DNA from: Eledone cirrhosa
Lineage: Eukaryota
DNA: 64,000 nucleotides
Assembly: GCA_964016885.1 (NCBI GenBank)
Contig: OZ024746.1
Coordinates: 4,092,001-4,156,000 of the forward strand
Direction: 5' to 3'
This document shows positions 27,746 through 40,554 of the stretch, in pieces. Each line of letters begins with the position of its first letter. Positions within the stretch are counted from its first letter, which is position 1. The notes below the pieces were generated by a model, which was not told the DNA's origin, did no database searches, and was given only the letters and a program-made list of their open reading frames with translations. The translations under genes were made by a program, and so were the position numbers.

Positions 27746-27783
27746 CCTTTTGAAAAGCAGAAGAACTGCGAAATCAGTAAAGG
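27746..27783 (+). ncRNA. U3-A8 hammerhead motif of the parent PLE; stem III mutated (TCAG)
   Basis: CCTT-TTGAAAA-GCAG-AAGAA-CTGC-GAAA-TCAG-TA-AAGG. Confidence 0.6.
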
Positions 27784-27851
27784 AACCAAATAAATATATA
27801 TATTTTAAAAAAAATAAGACTCCAGTTGCATTTTCGATTTCATCTTTTTTC

Positions 27852-27931
<80 letters not shown>

Positions 27932-28035
27932 CGTGTGTATAAAATGTAAAGCCAAAGTATAAAATGAAATAACAAAGCAAACGACACAGTACATTGAAGA
28001 AATGTATTAGTTTAACGCTTGAAATAACCGGAAAA

Positions 28036-28072
28036 TGTCTTAACGTTTCGGACACTTGTCCTTCGTCAGACA
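28036..28072 (-). ncRNA. Minimal hammerhead motif (core intact, stem I weak)
   Basis: TGT-CTGACGA-A-GGAC-AAGT-GTCC-GAAAC-GTT-AAGACA, in PLE tail 27940-28075. Confidence 0.65.
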
Positions 28073-28182
28073 ATAAAATTTGAATTAGAAAATAAAATAG
28101 AAAGATATAGAGTTAGATGAGGATGGAAGGGGTAAAAGATGAGAAAAAAAAGGGGACACACACACACGTGTGTACTAAGTCA

Positions 28183-28227
<45 letters not shown>

Positions 28228-29871
28228 GCGTGTGTCTGTGTGTGTGTGTATGTGTGTCTGTGTGTGTGTAACTTCTACAGACTAACGTTCTGGAATATTT
28301 TACCAATTAGCTTGTAATCGTAATTTTTAATTTTCCGTGTATTTACTCTAATTTGTGAAGCTCAGTTTCTCCACAATGGCGCCCTAATAAACTCAAGTGT
28401 ACCACTAAATATATCCGATGGTTTCTCATTAGTTTGGCATAGATGTTTCATTTTTCTTTTATCTTTAATATTAAGTTAACGTCTACTGGACAATTGATTT
28501 CTACTACTGTGTACATTGTCTTTTTCCTTTAAAAAATCATGCCCGTTTTGTTGTATGCTTTTGATATAATTCAGGGACAATACTTCTTTAGGATCTTCTC
28601 TAGCTTTCTTGCTAAACTCCTTTTTTCCCCATCCAGATTTTTCTTCAGCCTGTATCTTTCCGACAAAATGTCTTCGTTATTAAAACTGATCTCCTAGCTC
28701 TCTACCGACTAATCATTGATTTACACTGAATTGTTTGTTCAGTATTTCTGGCAGTGTTTAACTCTCTGTTGACTACTTTTGACTCTTGTTTGAGGACGGT
28801 TATTTCGTATTCAACTCTATTTTTACTATCTCCAAATATTTCTTCTATTTTCTTCTTTTTATTTTTGTTCATGGGATATGTATTTGCATTTGATGAGTAT
28901 TGCTGCATAACAGACAATCTTTCTTAAATAACCTGTTTCTCAATGGCCTCAGGATTTCTCTCGTTGGTCAGTCTTACCAGATTTTTCTATTGTTTCTTTA
29001 TAATAGGCGCAGACATGACCACATTGTTAAAAAATAGTTGCAAAATTGACCATGTAATAAAGAAATTATCTTCCTTCGTAATTACGTGGTACGTGGTTTG
29101 ATTTTCTATCATAGTTTCTGATAGACTCATGTTTTAGCAAGATGAACTGGATAGACGAAATGCAGTGAAAACCAACTGGGTAACCCCTATGTTTATGCAC
29201 TGGTTAAATAACCCGTATCTGCTTCTTGTAGCCCTTTAAGTAGACATTATTCTATTGTCATTGTACAATCAATGACTGCAGAAATTACCTTTAAGTGGTC
29301 GTTTCTTCCTTTGCTTTTGTGAAGCTTCGGGGGAAGCTGCATGTTTTTTTCTTCCTCTATATTAATTACACATGTGTGTGTGAGATAGTTCATTCTTGTG
29401 TTCTTCTGCTATAAGCATGTACATACACAAAGTACATACTCATTAAATTTGGGGTTAACAAGTATCTCACCAACTGCTGTGGTTTTATTACTATATTATT
29501 TTATGTCCATTTATCAACTCCTTTGTATTTTATTACCATCAGGTCTATAATCAGTCTTTTATTACCATCTCATTGTATTTCATTTAATTTTTTATCAATT
29601 ATTTTAATGTTAACTTATATATGTTTTTTTTTTACATCTATAGGTAAATATAGCATTTTATCGCATTAACACTTCTCCCTCATAACCCTAGATGTGGCCT
29701 ATGGGTCTTGCTTAAGGTAATTTCAATAATAAAATATATATATTTAGGCAGAAATGCCATATCGAACTAAGCAAAACAACGGACTAGCGATAAAATAAAG
29801 CTTATTTAAAGCATGATATATCTCTTTAATAGTCAATATTGAGATTTTGTAATAACAACAATAATAATAGT

Positions 29872-30080
29872 AATAGTTTCTAATTTAAGCACAAGGTCAG
29901 CAATTTTAGGCATGAGTGCAACAAATTTTAGAGGAGGGGAAAGTCTATTAAATCGACCCCAGTGCATTACTGGTGCTTTATTTTATCGACCCTGTAAAGA
30001 TGAAAGGCAAAACTAACCTCGACTGGTTTTTGCGTAAAGAGTGGAGACAAATACCGCCAGGCGTTTTATCCGACGCTCTT
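29872..30080 (-). mobile_element. Diverged SINE family A
   Basis: Antisense core ATTTTATCGACCCTGTAAAGATGAAAGGCAAA. Confidence 0.7.
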
Positions 30081-30366
30081 ACGATTTTGATAGTTGCACT
30101 AATAATATGAAGAATCTACGGAAAAACACTGAATATGACAGTGAATATACAACCACAATAGAGAGTCCGTGCGGGAGTGTTGAGCAAGAGAGTATATTTT
30201 GACACCCACCTTCCCAATCACCAAAACATCCCGACCACATGCCTGTACATATATATGGTAAGTTCCATAGTATTTTTACATTTTCTAAGATAATCAAATA
30301 TATCGGTAACCTTTCCTTGAAACAATGAAATGTGAGTATCTAGGTGTATGCTTTACATACAGTACA

Positions 30367-30421
<55 letters not shown>

Positions 30422-30428
30422 TTGCAGC

Positions 30429-30668
30429 AAGTTCAGATGGGCTTGACACGTCGCCCGCTTCACCGATAATCGGTGGACCCGCGCAGTTGCCGAGTGGTAC
30501 CCCCGCGAGCGGAAATGACCACTCGGAAGGCCTCCACGAAGGTGGAGTTACGATTTTAGGAATACGATTGGGACTACATGGATGAGGAAAGCACGATCCA
30601 GAGAGGAATGGATGGCGTGCTGTGACCAGCGGTGCCGAATGAACGCCCGACAGACTGGTCGGTCAAGG
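30429..30668 (+). mobile_element. RTE-1-type LINE 3' fragment
   Basis: KFRWA*HVARFTDNRWTRAVAEWYPRERK*PLGRPPRRWSYDFRNTIGTTWMRKARSREEW (frame absent from the ORF track because of two stops). Confidence 0.85.
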
Positions 30669-30670
30669 TG

Positions 30671-30701
<31 letters not shown>

Positions 30702-30726
30702 TATGGTAAGTTCCATAGTATATATA

Positions 30727-31127
30727 TCCTCAGTGTATACTGATTAATGTTCAGAGCCATCCTCAGCATTCTCGGGTAGCACCCATCCACCATCTGAGTG
30801 TGTTTCTTGGTCAGTGTCGAAGTCTCTGACCCGTACAGCAGCACAGACTCCACTCCACTACAGCAACGAAGAGTCAGCCCGAGGGTAGCCCAGAGGAAAC
30901 TGAGGTTAGCTGGACATGCTCACCGACATCCAGAGTTGACACTACACTCAGTGCTCCTGTGGGAGCCCCTGCATGGACACACTGGAAGAGGAAGACCGAG
31001 GTTGACATATGTTGATGCCCTAAGGACAGACACTGGTCTCTTGGAGGCGCAGGACATGGCAGCAATGATGAGGGACAGAGACCGCTGGAGAGAACTCGTC
31101 CATGGATCTCGGAAATGTTACCCGCCC

Positions 31128-31130
<3 letters not shown>
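30727..31130. mobile_element. RTE/RTEX-type LINE 3' end with inverted 5' segment
   Basis: Minus 30727-30853 VESVLLYGSET.TLTK...DGCY.RMLRMALNI; plus 30870-31130 QRKLRLAGH..RHPE...LWEP.HG...RGRP..TYVD.L..DTG...M.DRD.W. Confidence 0.85.
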
Positions 31131-31169
<39 letters not shown>

Positions 31170-31313
31170 GTCGGTGTTTCAAGAATTTGCTGGTGGTGGT
31201 ACCAATATGAACACTTGATGTATTAAGTAAAAACCATCAAGGTTAGTTTACATGAATTTAATGAATAAACAATAAAGACATGTAAACGAAACATCGCTTT
31301 CTCTTAATTTATA

Positions 31314-31380
<67 letters not shown>

Positions 31381-31401
31381 ACATATATATATATACATAT
31401 A

Positions 31402-31586
<185 letters not shown>

Positions 31587-31614
31587 GCACACCAACTGCT
31601 GTGCAGAAGCGATC

Positions 31615-31810
31615 TGAAAATCTTAGGGATTACAATGACGTTGAATTAATGATAAAAGTGCGGCAGTTAAATAATATGTCTGCAATTCCATTTATAATCG
31701 CCACAATTGGAGGAATACACAACCATTTCACAAAGAACATTGATAAATTACTTTAATGATAGATAGAGGAACGTTCCAGAAAATAGTTGTACTTTGATCT
31801 GACATTTTCA
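31615..31810 (+). pseudogene. Highly degenerate R4-type endonuclease C-terminal fragment
   Basis: [12 protein letters not shown]...FQKIVVL resembles the R4 IPIIIGALG.I...IQK.VLLG motif. Confidence 0.4.
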
Positions 31811-32708
31811 CACTGTCAATGTTTAACCTGAACACTTTTCTTAATCCTGAGTATATTTTACATATTTTCCAAGATAAATGTAATGTTGGTTTGAATAATT
31901 AAATGTTATTTCTTAAACCACAAATATTAAAGATATAAAGATAATAAAACTAAAGGTTTACAGTTTGGGTATGATTGGGAACTTCGATTAAATTGAGCCA
32001 AGTAGTTGATTTGTACTTTATTTATCGACCCTGGAATGATGAATGGCAAACTTGATCGTGGCTGGCTTTGATCTCAGAAGATAAAGAGACGGAGCAAATC
32101 CCACAAATCACTTTGTTTGATGCTGTAAACATTCTGCCAATCCAGCGCCTTTCTAACGATTCTACCAATCAATTGTAATAATAAAAAAAAAATGCCAACA
32201 CAAGAGCAAGAATGAAGGGTTCATTCTACTGACATGGCTTTAAAAATGTGGCTTGTTTGCATAATTGCAAACAAATCGAATGTTATTATTTATATTCGAA
32301 AAACTCAGATTACATTAATTGTAATAATAATATTCCATAATTCAGACATTAGTTCTTATTACAATTGGCGACGATAAACATGTCAAAAGATCTCTGCAAG
32401 ATAGTACCAGATAATTTTTAGAAAGTAAATGGTTAAATGGTTAGTAAAAACAGCAAAACAAAATGAACGTGATCAGAATATAGATCTAGTAGAACCATAG
32501 TGAATTAATTAAGCAACAAATCCCAACTCAGAGCCAAGAAAAAAGAAGGGTTGAGTAAAAGTTAATATATTTCAAGAGAATAAAACTTTCTCCTGGAAAT
32601 CATCCAAAATTCTTTGGGAACTGTGAAACCAAAATTCTATTTTCAAGACATTTATGGTGAAAAAAGAAACATATATAAAAAAGAAAATCCAAAATACATT
32701 GATGGACC

Positions 32709-32901
32709 ATAATTGTTTCTACTATTGGCACAAGGCCAGCAATTATCCCAGTGCATTACTGATACTTTATTTTATCGACCCCGTAAGGATGAAATGCAAA
32801 GTTAACCTCGGTGGGATTTGAACTCAGACCATCAAGAGGCGTAACTCTAAGCTGGAAAGCATGGAGTCTGACCCTTTACCGATACTGCCAATTCATCGCC
32901 C
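32709..32901 (-). mobile_element. tRNA-derived SINE family A
   Basis: Full antisense copy including head and core. Confidence 0.85.
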
Positions 32902-33319
32902 TTACTGATGAACCATAATAGCAGCTAACTAGGAAAGAAGAAATCAATTTAGGTTCACGGGAAAACGAGATCTCAAAATAAGCTTTAAAACTGGAATGTA
33001 GCTGAACCAAATAGAATTATAAATTTCTGATTAAAGAATATCTTTTAGACGATCATTCTGCAGTGAATTTAATATCTAAAATCTTTAGTTGGTTCATTAA
33101 AGCAACCGTTCCTTTAATACCGAAGGGTTCAGTCAAATGTAAACCTACCTACCTACCTACCTACCTACCTACCTACCTACCTACCTACCTATCTCTCTAT
33201 TTGTATCTTCTTCTTCTTCTTCTTCTTCTTCTTCTTCTTCTTCTTCTTCTTCTTCTTCTTCTTCTTCTTCTTCTTCTTCTTCTTCTTCTTCTTCTTCTTC
33301 TTCTTCTTCTTCTTCTTCT

Positions 33320-33958
33320 TCACCACCCACCTATTCGTGAGAGTATCGTGGGGTCAGAGTCCTCAACCACTCCTTCCAGTGGGTCCTGTCAGAAGCAACC
33401 ATCTCCAACTGATCTGGATGGATCCCCAAGTGAACCAGCCAAGCTCATGGATGTTATCCAACCATCTTGCTCGGCGTCTACCCCTGGGTCTCCTGTCCCC
33501 ACCCCCTCTGAACCCTCTCCATTCACACGCGCACACATACACACTGACTTACACCCCACCCCATGTTCACACTGGTTTTCCTATTACCCGAACATGGAAC
33601 CTCGTTCTTCCCCAAACTCTCACAGTCACGTACACCTACACATAGACACAGACACCACCTTCCGCCCTCCCCGCTTGGACCTCCCTCCCACTCCATCCAC
33701 CCACCCCACCCCCACATGCCTTACACCCTTTCACCACTTGTTTCATTTTAATTTTTTTACTCTACTTTTAATCCCCCCCCCCACACTTTTAATGTCTTTC
33801 CACCACTTCCCCTCACACCCTCGGAATTCTTTTCCTTCCCACCTTTCTCTTGATGAAGGGCTTAGCCCGAAACGTCGTCCCCCATCCCGACTCTCAAGCG
33901 TCAACCTAATACTAACACTTTGTACTGCACTCTTCGTTATTGTTTTCTGTTTTAACTT
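33320..33958 (+). mobile_element. PLE 3' end with degenerate hammerhead at ~33850-33876
   Basis: C-rich UTR; TTGATGA-A-GGGC-TTA-GCCC-GAAAC-GTC (stem I not evident); tail CAAGCGT.AA.CTAATA...TTGTACTG shared with 4080-4120, 27985-28022 and ~49060-49100. Confidence 0.55.
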
Positions 33959-33965
33959 ATATATA

Positions 33966-34018
<53 letters not shown>

Positions 34019-34019
<1 letters not shown>

Positions 34020-34211
34020 CAAAGGAATTGTGGTAAGGAACCAGATGGACCATAACGCACCAGAGTACTCAATACTTAGGGTAGTAGAGTGGGAATATAG
34101 GAAAAGTATGACCCCGACGGCAGAGCTCAAGCCGTTTCGACGGCTATTTCTGAACCAGAAATAGCCGTCGAAACGGCTTGAGCTCTGCCGTCGGGGTCAT
34201 ACTTTTTCCTA
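34019..34211. mobile_element. Fold-back PLE terminus with hammerhead 3' half in both arms
   Basis: Arms ~34097-34152 / 34156-34211; same family as 1418 and 10119. Confidence 0.75.
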
Positions 34212-35240
34212 TATATATATATATATACAAACTATCTATTGTCGATGTGATTATTCGCACATAAAGAGACATGCAATAAACCTTAACAGTTCAACATGGT
34301 AGACTCGAGCCTGTTATTTGTCAGAGTATGACAACTTCTATAACGATTCCTAACTCTCTCAATTCCTTTCAGCTGATTTCAATCATTTTGTTGTGTCAAC
34401 ATAAACAAGTAAACCACATGTTCACTGCCAAAGATAGAGTTAGGAACCTATAGTAACCATATCAATACTGCCAATAACAGTTTCTGCAGCATAACGAGAA
34501 AAACATTAATAGTGGAAGAAACAATACGACTTTGTATTAAATAAACATAGAAATCGTTGCATTCGAAATCCATATATTTATAGGAACTGTTTCCATAGAA
34601 TCACGCGTGACTCTCACATGACACAAATATATGGAAGTCGTTAATGGACAACATTTCATACCCAACTGTGCCAGGATTTTCTGGGTTGGGAGAGTATTAA
34701 GGTTTCAAGGATTCAGCAATGAAGGTCTTTCCTAGATTTCCATGGTAGCAAAGAAAGAGTGGTTGGGTAACCTCAAAACACGGATCTTTTTTTTTTTTAC
34801 ATTATATGTTTAGGTGGTGGTGGGAGTGGTTGTAGTGGTGATGGTGGTGGTGGTGGTGATGCTAGTGGTGGTGAGGGAGTAGTGGTGGTAGTGGTAGTGG
34901 TGGTAGTAGTAGTGGTGGTGGTAGTGTTGGTGGTGGTGGTGGTGGTGGAGATGGTAGTGGAGGTGGTGGTGGTGGTGAGGGAGTAGTGGTGGTGGTAGTG
35001 GAGGTGGTGGTGGTGGTGGCGGTGGTGGTAGTGATGGTGGTAGAGGAGGTGGTAGTGGAGGTGGTGGTGAGGGAATAGTTTATCTCAACTTTGACCATAC
35101 ACTAAATGTTCTTAATGTTGTCTTCTTTGGCCCCTCGGTGAAATGTGCTTATCTAGTTCTCAATGACGTTGAACAGACGAATATTAAAAACTAATGTACA
35201 CACACACACAAACAAACACACGCACACACACACGCACGCA

Positions 35241-35343
<103 letters not shown>

Positions 35344-35626
35344 GAAACTAAGTTTCAGAAGATCCCGTTAAGGGTGAAAGCAGCGATTCTTTGCTTAAAC
35401 TGTAATCTGTTATATTTGATATATATTTATCCTTATCGAGCCCTCTTTGGATTTTAGTCTTCAAATTTATTATTACTATATATATATAAATATATGTAAG
35501 AGTTCTATTTAAATTGTTGGGATACAACAAGCAAATATTTTTATAACTGATATAAAGCACTCAACAAATATTTGGAGTAAAATTAGAATATTAACAAATG
35601 AAAACTATATTTATAAAACCATATTT

Positions 35627-35689
35627 ATTTCATTATACATATTTCAAGGACACCAAGTTAAATTATGGTGTGCTTTCATCAGATAAAAT
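35627..35689 (-). ncRNA. Type I hammerhead motif (mirror copy)
   Basis: Reverse complement of 35854-35916. Confidence 0.8.
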
Positions 35690-35853
35690 ATAATATAGAT
35701 CAGTTTTATAAATAAATATTGACATACCCTTAAAGAATGCAACCATTACTGTTGGAATTACTATCAACCATTACTATCCGGGAGCTTCCAACAGTAATGG
35801 TTGCATTCTTTAAGGGTATGTCAATATTTATTTATAAAACTGATCTATATTAT

Positions 35854-35916
35854 ATTTTATCTGATGAAAGCACACCATAATTTAACTTGGTGTCCTTGAA
35901 ATATGTATAATGAAAT
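35854..35916 (+). ncRNA. Type I hammerhead motif (loop III AUGU)
   Basis: ATTTTAT-CTGATGA-AAGCACACCA-loop-TGGTGTCCTT-GAAAT-ATGT-ATA-ATGAAAT. Confidence 0.8.
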
Positions 35917-36125
35917 AAATATAGTTTTATAAATATAGTTTCCATTTGTTAATATCGTATATATATAAATATATATATTTATATATATATTGCATAATAA
36001 GATACACTATACATATTTAATAGCAAGAAACTCTCAGGAGAACTGTAGAGCAGAAGGTCCTCAGAGAAGAACTTCCTCTCAAGCGAGTGTTTCGACTACA
36101 CACACATATATATATATGTATACAT

Positions 36126-36194
<69 letters not shown>

Positions 36195-36343
36195 TCAATG
36201 ATATTAAATAAATGGAAACTATATATAGTTTCCACTTATTTAATATCATTGAATATTATACTCCAGAAAACTTGTCGAGTGCTTCGAATCAGTTATAAAC
36301 ATTTATATTTGTTGAATTACCAACAAATTAAATATCCCTTTTG

Positions 36344-36345
<2 letters not shown>
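36195..36345. mobile_element. Short fold-back terminus plus tail (same family as 6784, 35495, 38701)
   Basis: Palindrome 36195-36252; tail GAGTGCTT...ATCAGTTATAAA. Confidence 0.65.
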
Positions 36346-36399
<54 letters not shown>

Positions 36400-36404
<5 letters not shown>

Positions 36405-36812
36405 AAATGTTCGCTCTACATGGCTGAATACAATAAATGTAATCTCAGTTTATCGAATATTAATAATAACATTCGATTCGTTTGCAATTATGCAAACAAC
36501 CATCAATTTTATAGCTATGTCAGTAGATCAGCCAGTCTGCTAATATGCAAATCAGGCCGATCAGTCACTGTGTATTTTAGAAAATAGCATATATTTTCAC
36601 TAGCTCTCACAGTTTGGCAGGTGAACAGTGAGCTGTACTGATGAAGGGTGATACCCAGAAACATTAGTGTCTGCAGTTCTGTTCCCATGCCAACATATGA
36701 GCAAGAATGAAGTGTTCATTCTACTAACATGGCTATAAAATTGAGGCTTGTTTGCATAATTGCAAACGAATCGAATGTTATTATTAATATTCGATAAACT
36801 CAGATTACATTT
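36400..36812. mobile_element. Fold-back PLE terminus with hammerhead in the loop
   Basis: Arms ~36435-36527 / ~36720-36812; a further copy of the arm at ~32205-32316. Confidence 0.75.
36631..36678 (+). ncRNA. Type I hammerhead motif with GUC cleavage triplet
   Basis: AGCTGTA-CTGATGA-A-GGGT-GAT-ACCC-A-GAAACA-TTAG-TGTC-TGCAGTT. Confidence 0.8.
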
Positions 36813-37379
36813 ATATATATAACGAAGGAAGTGTAGTAAGGAACCAGGTGGACCATAACGCACCAGAGTACTCAATACTTAGGGTAGTAGAGTGGGTATT
36901 AGGAAAAAGTTCCTATATATATTTTCCTATATATATATATGTGTGTGTGTGTATACATAAAATATATGTAAAGATGTAGCGTGGGTGTCCGTGGAGAAAG
37001 AAAATGCCCGTATCTAAAGAGCAGAAGGATGTCTTAAATAAAACACTAATGATTACTTTCAATTGTCATTACAGTTGCTACAGTTGCTACAGTTGCTACA
37101 GTTGCTACAGTTGCTACAGTTGCTACAGTTGTCTATTCATTATTTATTATTATCTATTATATATTCAAAAGAAATGGTGGCGTGAAGGGATTTTGTGGAA
37201 GGTGAAGTGATTGATGGCCATGAAACAATTGACCACTTGCTGAACTTGACTATATACAAGATTGGCCGAGTTGAAACCAATTTGTCCTTACATGCTCATG
37301 TGTGTAGGGTTTCATACTCCCACGCAAACATTCACACACGAACACTTACTGGCATATATGAAATTTGATATGTAGTTGT

Positions 37380-38608
37380 CCCAACGAAAATTACTATGAT
37401 ACTAATAATCGATTACTATAAATAATAGCTAAGAAAATCAGTGAACAAGAAAAAAGATCACAAATGTTATCGAACTATGCGACACTTGGAAGCCGGTCAA
37501 GTGAGTTAATCATTACACATCATATATATACATGTATATATATATATGGGATAACAAGTTATCGTTATAGGTAATCCAGTTAGAGGTTGTGAATACACTG
37601 TATTGTAGATAGTTCTAACATACGGCGTTGTTTGACTCAACAACTCAACAAGAGGTTTCCATAGTTAGACAACGAGTTCGCGAGAATTTCTATGCAGGTC
37701 ATTCTTGGAGTGAAAGATTGAAGAATAACATGGTGGTCGGCTGTACAACGCAGCTACCAAGTTCGCAAATTTCAAACCAACGTGATTCGATCCAGCAATC
37801 TCAGAATTCAAGTAGAACCACCCGGATTTTAATGTACTGACTACATACCACCCCACTTTTATTAGCTGTCAACTGACCAATTGGTCACTAGATCAACACT
37901 CTCTCTCCCTAAAGCCACATCACCCCCCCATTAAGATAAGACAATCAGCATGCCTGATATTTACCACACACATATATCAAAACTCTCCCTCTCACTTTTT
38001 ATCCTCTATCAACCTATCCTTAGCCCTACCCCTTTTGTCTCATCCACGTATCTCTTCCCCTCTCACTTAATTTTTAATTTATTATTTTTTATCTTTTATC
38101 TGTCATTTGTTACTATTTTTTATTCTCTACTCTAACCCGCTCAGATTTGACCACCACGTATGTATGTATTTAATGTTGCTTTTCATGTTAGTATTATCTC
38201 CACCCCCACCACGTCTTTAAACATACACTTACTCACCACTGTAACTTTAATCACCAACACCACCACCACCACCACTATTATCAGCAATCGTATTCTGTAC
38301 TTATTATTTTTTAAACTTAATTTTACTTCTGTATCATCTTTATTCTAACTTCTTTACTTCTTTATTATTATCTTTTATTATTGATGTTATTATTTTGATT
38401 CTCCGTTGTATCTATATATACCAATGCCATATGTAAAACCTCCAGTATTCCGATGATTTGATCAGGGGTAAACACTGTATTTAAGGTCGAGTGACGCATC
38501 TTCGAGTGATTAGCAACCTCTAGACTCACCTGATCAATGAAACAATTGTTAATACTTGAAATAAAACCCTTTTTGTACAGCCGACCATGTTATTCCTCAA
38601 TCTTTCAC
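37380..38608 (+). mobile_element. Degenerate PLE 3' portion (endonuclease remnant, 3' UTR, hammerhead)
   Basis: ISEFK*NHPDFNV-like terminal remnant near 37800-37835, pyrimidine-rich UTR, terminal hammerhead, (TA)n. Confidence 0.5.
38444..38556 (+). ncRNA. Hammerhead variant (CCGAUGA) with ~60-nt insert in loop II; loop III AAUU
   Basis: AGTATT-CCGATGA-T-TTGATCAGG-...-CCTGATCAA-T-GAAAC-AATT-GTT-AATACT. Confidence 0.7.
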
Positions 38609-38611
38609 TAT

Positions 38612-39111
<500 letters not shown>

Positions 39112-39357
39112 TTCGATATGGTTCAGGTCAGTTATCTAACCTGATTGGTTCTTTCCTTGCTTTGGTATCATGTGGTTAGGCTTACCTGCTGCAGTTTTCA
39201 ATTTGTCAAGCTGACTAACGTACGTTATTACTCTAAGGTGACACAACCTTATCGAGTGCTTTGCTGCACATTCCTAACTGTATATCGTTAGCTTGACCAC
39301 AGCCAAAACTTCGATTTTACTAAACTTCCACTTATATATATATATATAAGTTAAAAC

Positions 39358-39437
<80 letters not shown>

Positions 39438-39439
<2 letters not shown>

Positions 39440-39666
39440 CGATGAATTAGTTTTGCGAGGTTTTTTATATGAAATCGTGTGTCGAAACAAATATTGTTAT
39501 ACTTGGGGAGGGTCATATTTGTGTAATATTGCCAGAATTGAGGACCGAGTAAGTTAGATTACCGATATAAAAGACACAGAAGCGAGAAGCGAAAACCAAC
39601 CAAACAGTGAGTGTGTTCTGTTATTAATTCTGGTAATATTACACAAATATGACCTTCCCCAAGTAT

Positions 39667-39674
<8 letters not shown>
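39438..39674. mobile_element. Fold-back insertion (49-bp arms) plus tail in (TA)n
   Basis: 39491-39539 is reverse-complementary to 39626-39674 with about 2 mismatches. Confidence 0.65.
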
Positions 39675-39729
<55 letters not shown>

Positions 39730-39818
39730 AAAATTGTCAGGGCCTCGACGGCTGAGATCCAGCCGTTCGACAGCCAGATCCGCTAAACAACAGCAACTAC
39801 TACTACTACTACTACTAG

Positions 39819-39883
<65 letters not shown>

Positions 39884-39899
39884 TTCTTCTTCTCCCATT

Positions 39900-40285
39900 T
39901 ATTTCTGAAAGCGTCGTTGGGGTGAAGTCCTCAGGACGGAGATAACCGTCAGCAAATGCTCCCGCTGGTTTCCCAAGCGAAACTAACCGAAGTTATGGTT
40001 ATCCAACCTTCTTGCTTTCGGTCTACCTCTCGATCTCTTGCCATAAAGATTTGATCGTAAAATCAGTTTTGCTATTCTTTCTTTAAACATTCTATTCATA
40101 TGTCCGTAGTACCGGAGCTGAGATCTGTCGATGCGGAAAGGTAGCAGCTCTACGTAGAGCGACTCCCTGGTTTCCGAGGTACACACTCTATCCAATAACC
40201 TTATCACAGAGTCCCTTCAGGGGAAGCCCATTTCAGCCGCTTTTATTCGCAATAGTAATCTTTCGATCATTAGCCTAGATTCTAA
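39900..40285 (-). mobile_element. RTE LINE 3' fragment
   Basis: IKAAEMGF...LDRV...RIDRSQLRYYGHMNRM..ERIAK...GKRSRGRPKAR. Confidence 0.8.
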
Positions 40286-40370
40286 AGGCACAGATACTGA
40301 ACCAACTTTACATTTTACACCTACCTCATTTCTTCTGACCACAAGTTTGCTTCTGCTGCTGCTGCTGCTG

Positions 40371-40417
<47 letters not shown>

Positions 40418-40430
40418 GCTTCTGCTGTTG

Positions 40431-40554
<124 letters not shown>

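Larger units (their letters stand above)
24205..27853 (+). mobile_element. Near full-length Penelope-like retroelement (Neptune-type), inactivated
   Basis: RT motifs DKGSTVV, GLPKIHK, LRPIV, SFDVVNLYTTIP, GTAMGT..AP..ANL, RYLDD, LPFLDI; Cys linker and GIY-YIG (LIYAIKC..C...FIGQT...RMTVHRQ...E...IQKYRPALN); long 3' UTR ending in a hammerhead-bearing terminal unit and (TA)n. Confidence 0.92.
35495..35957. mobile_element. Fold-back PLE terminus: 170-bp inverted arms, 28-bp spacer, tail
   Basis: 35588-35757 is reverse-complementary to 35786-35955 with few mismatches. Confidence 0.85.

Noticed and set aside
30430-30668. Multi-hairpin structured ncRNA
   Set aside because: The hairpins are incidental; the segment translates cleanly as an RTE RT C-terminus.
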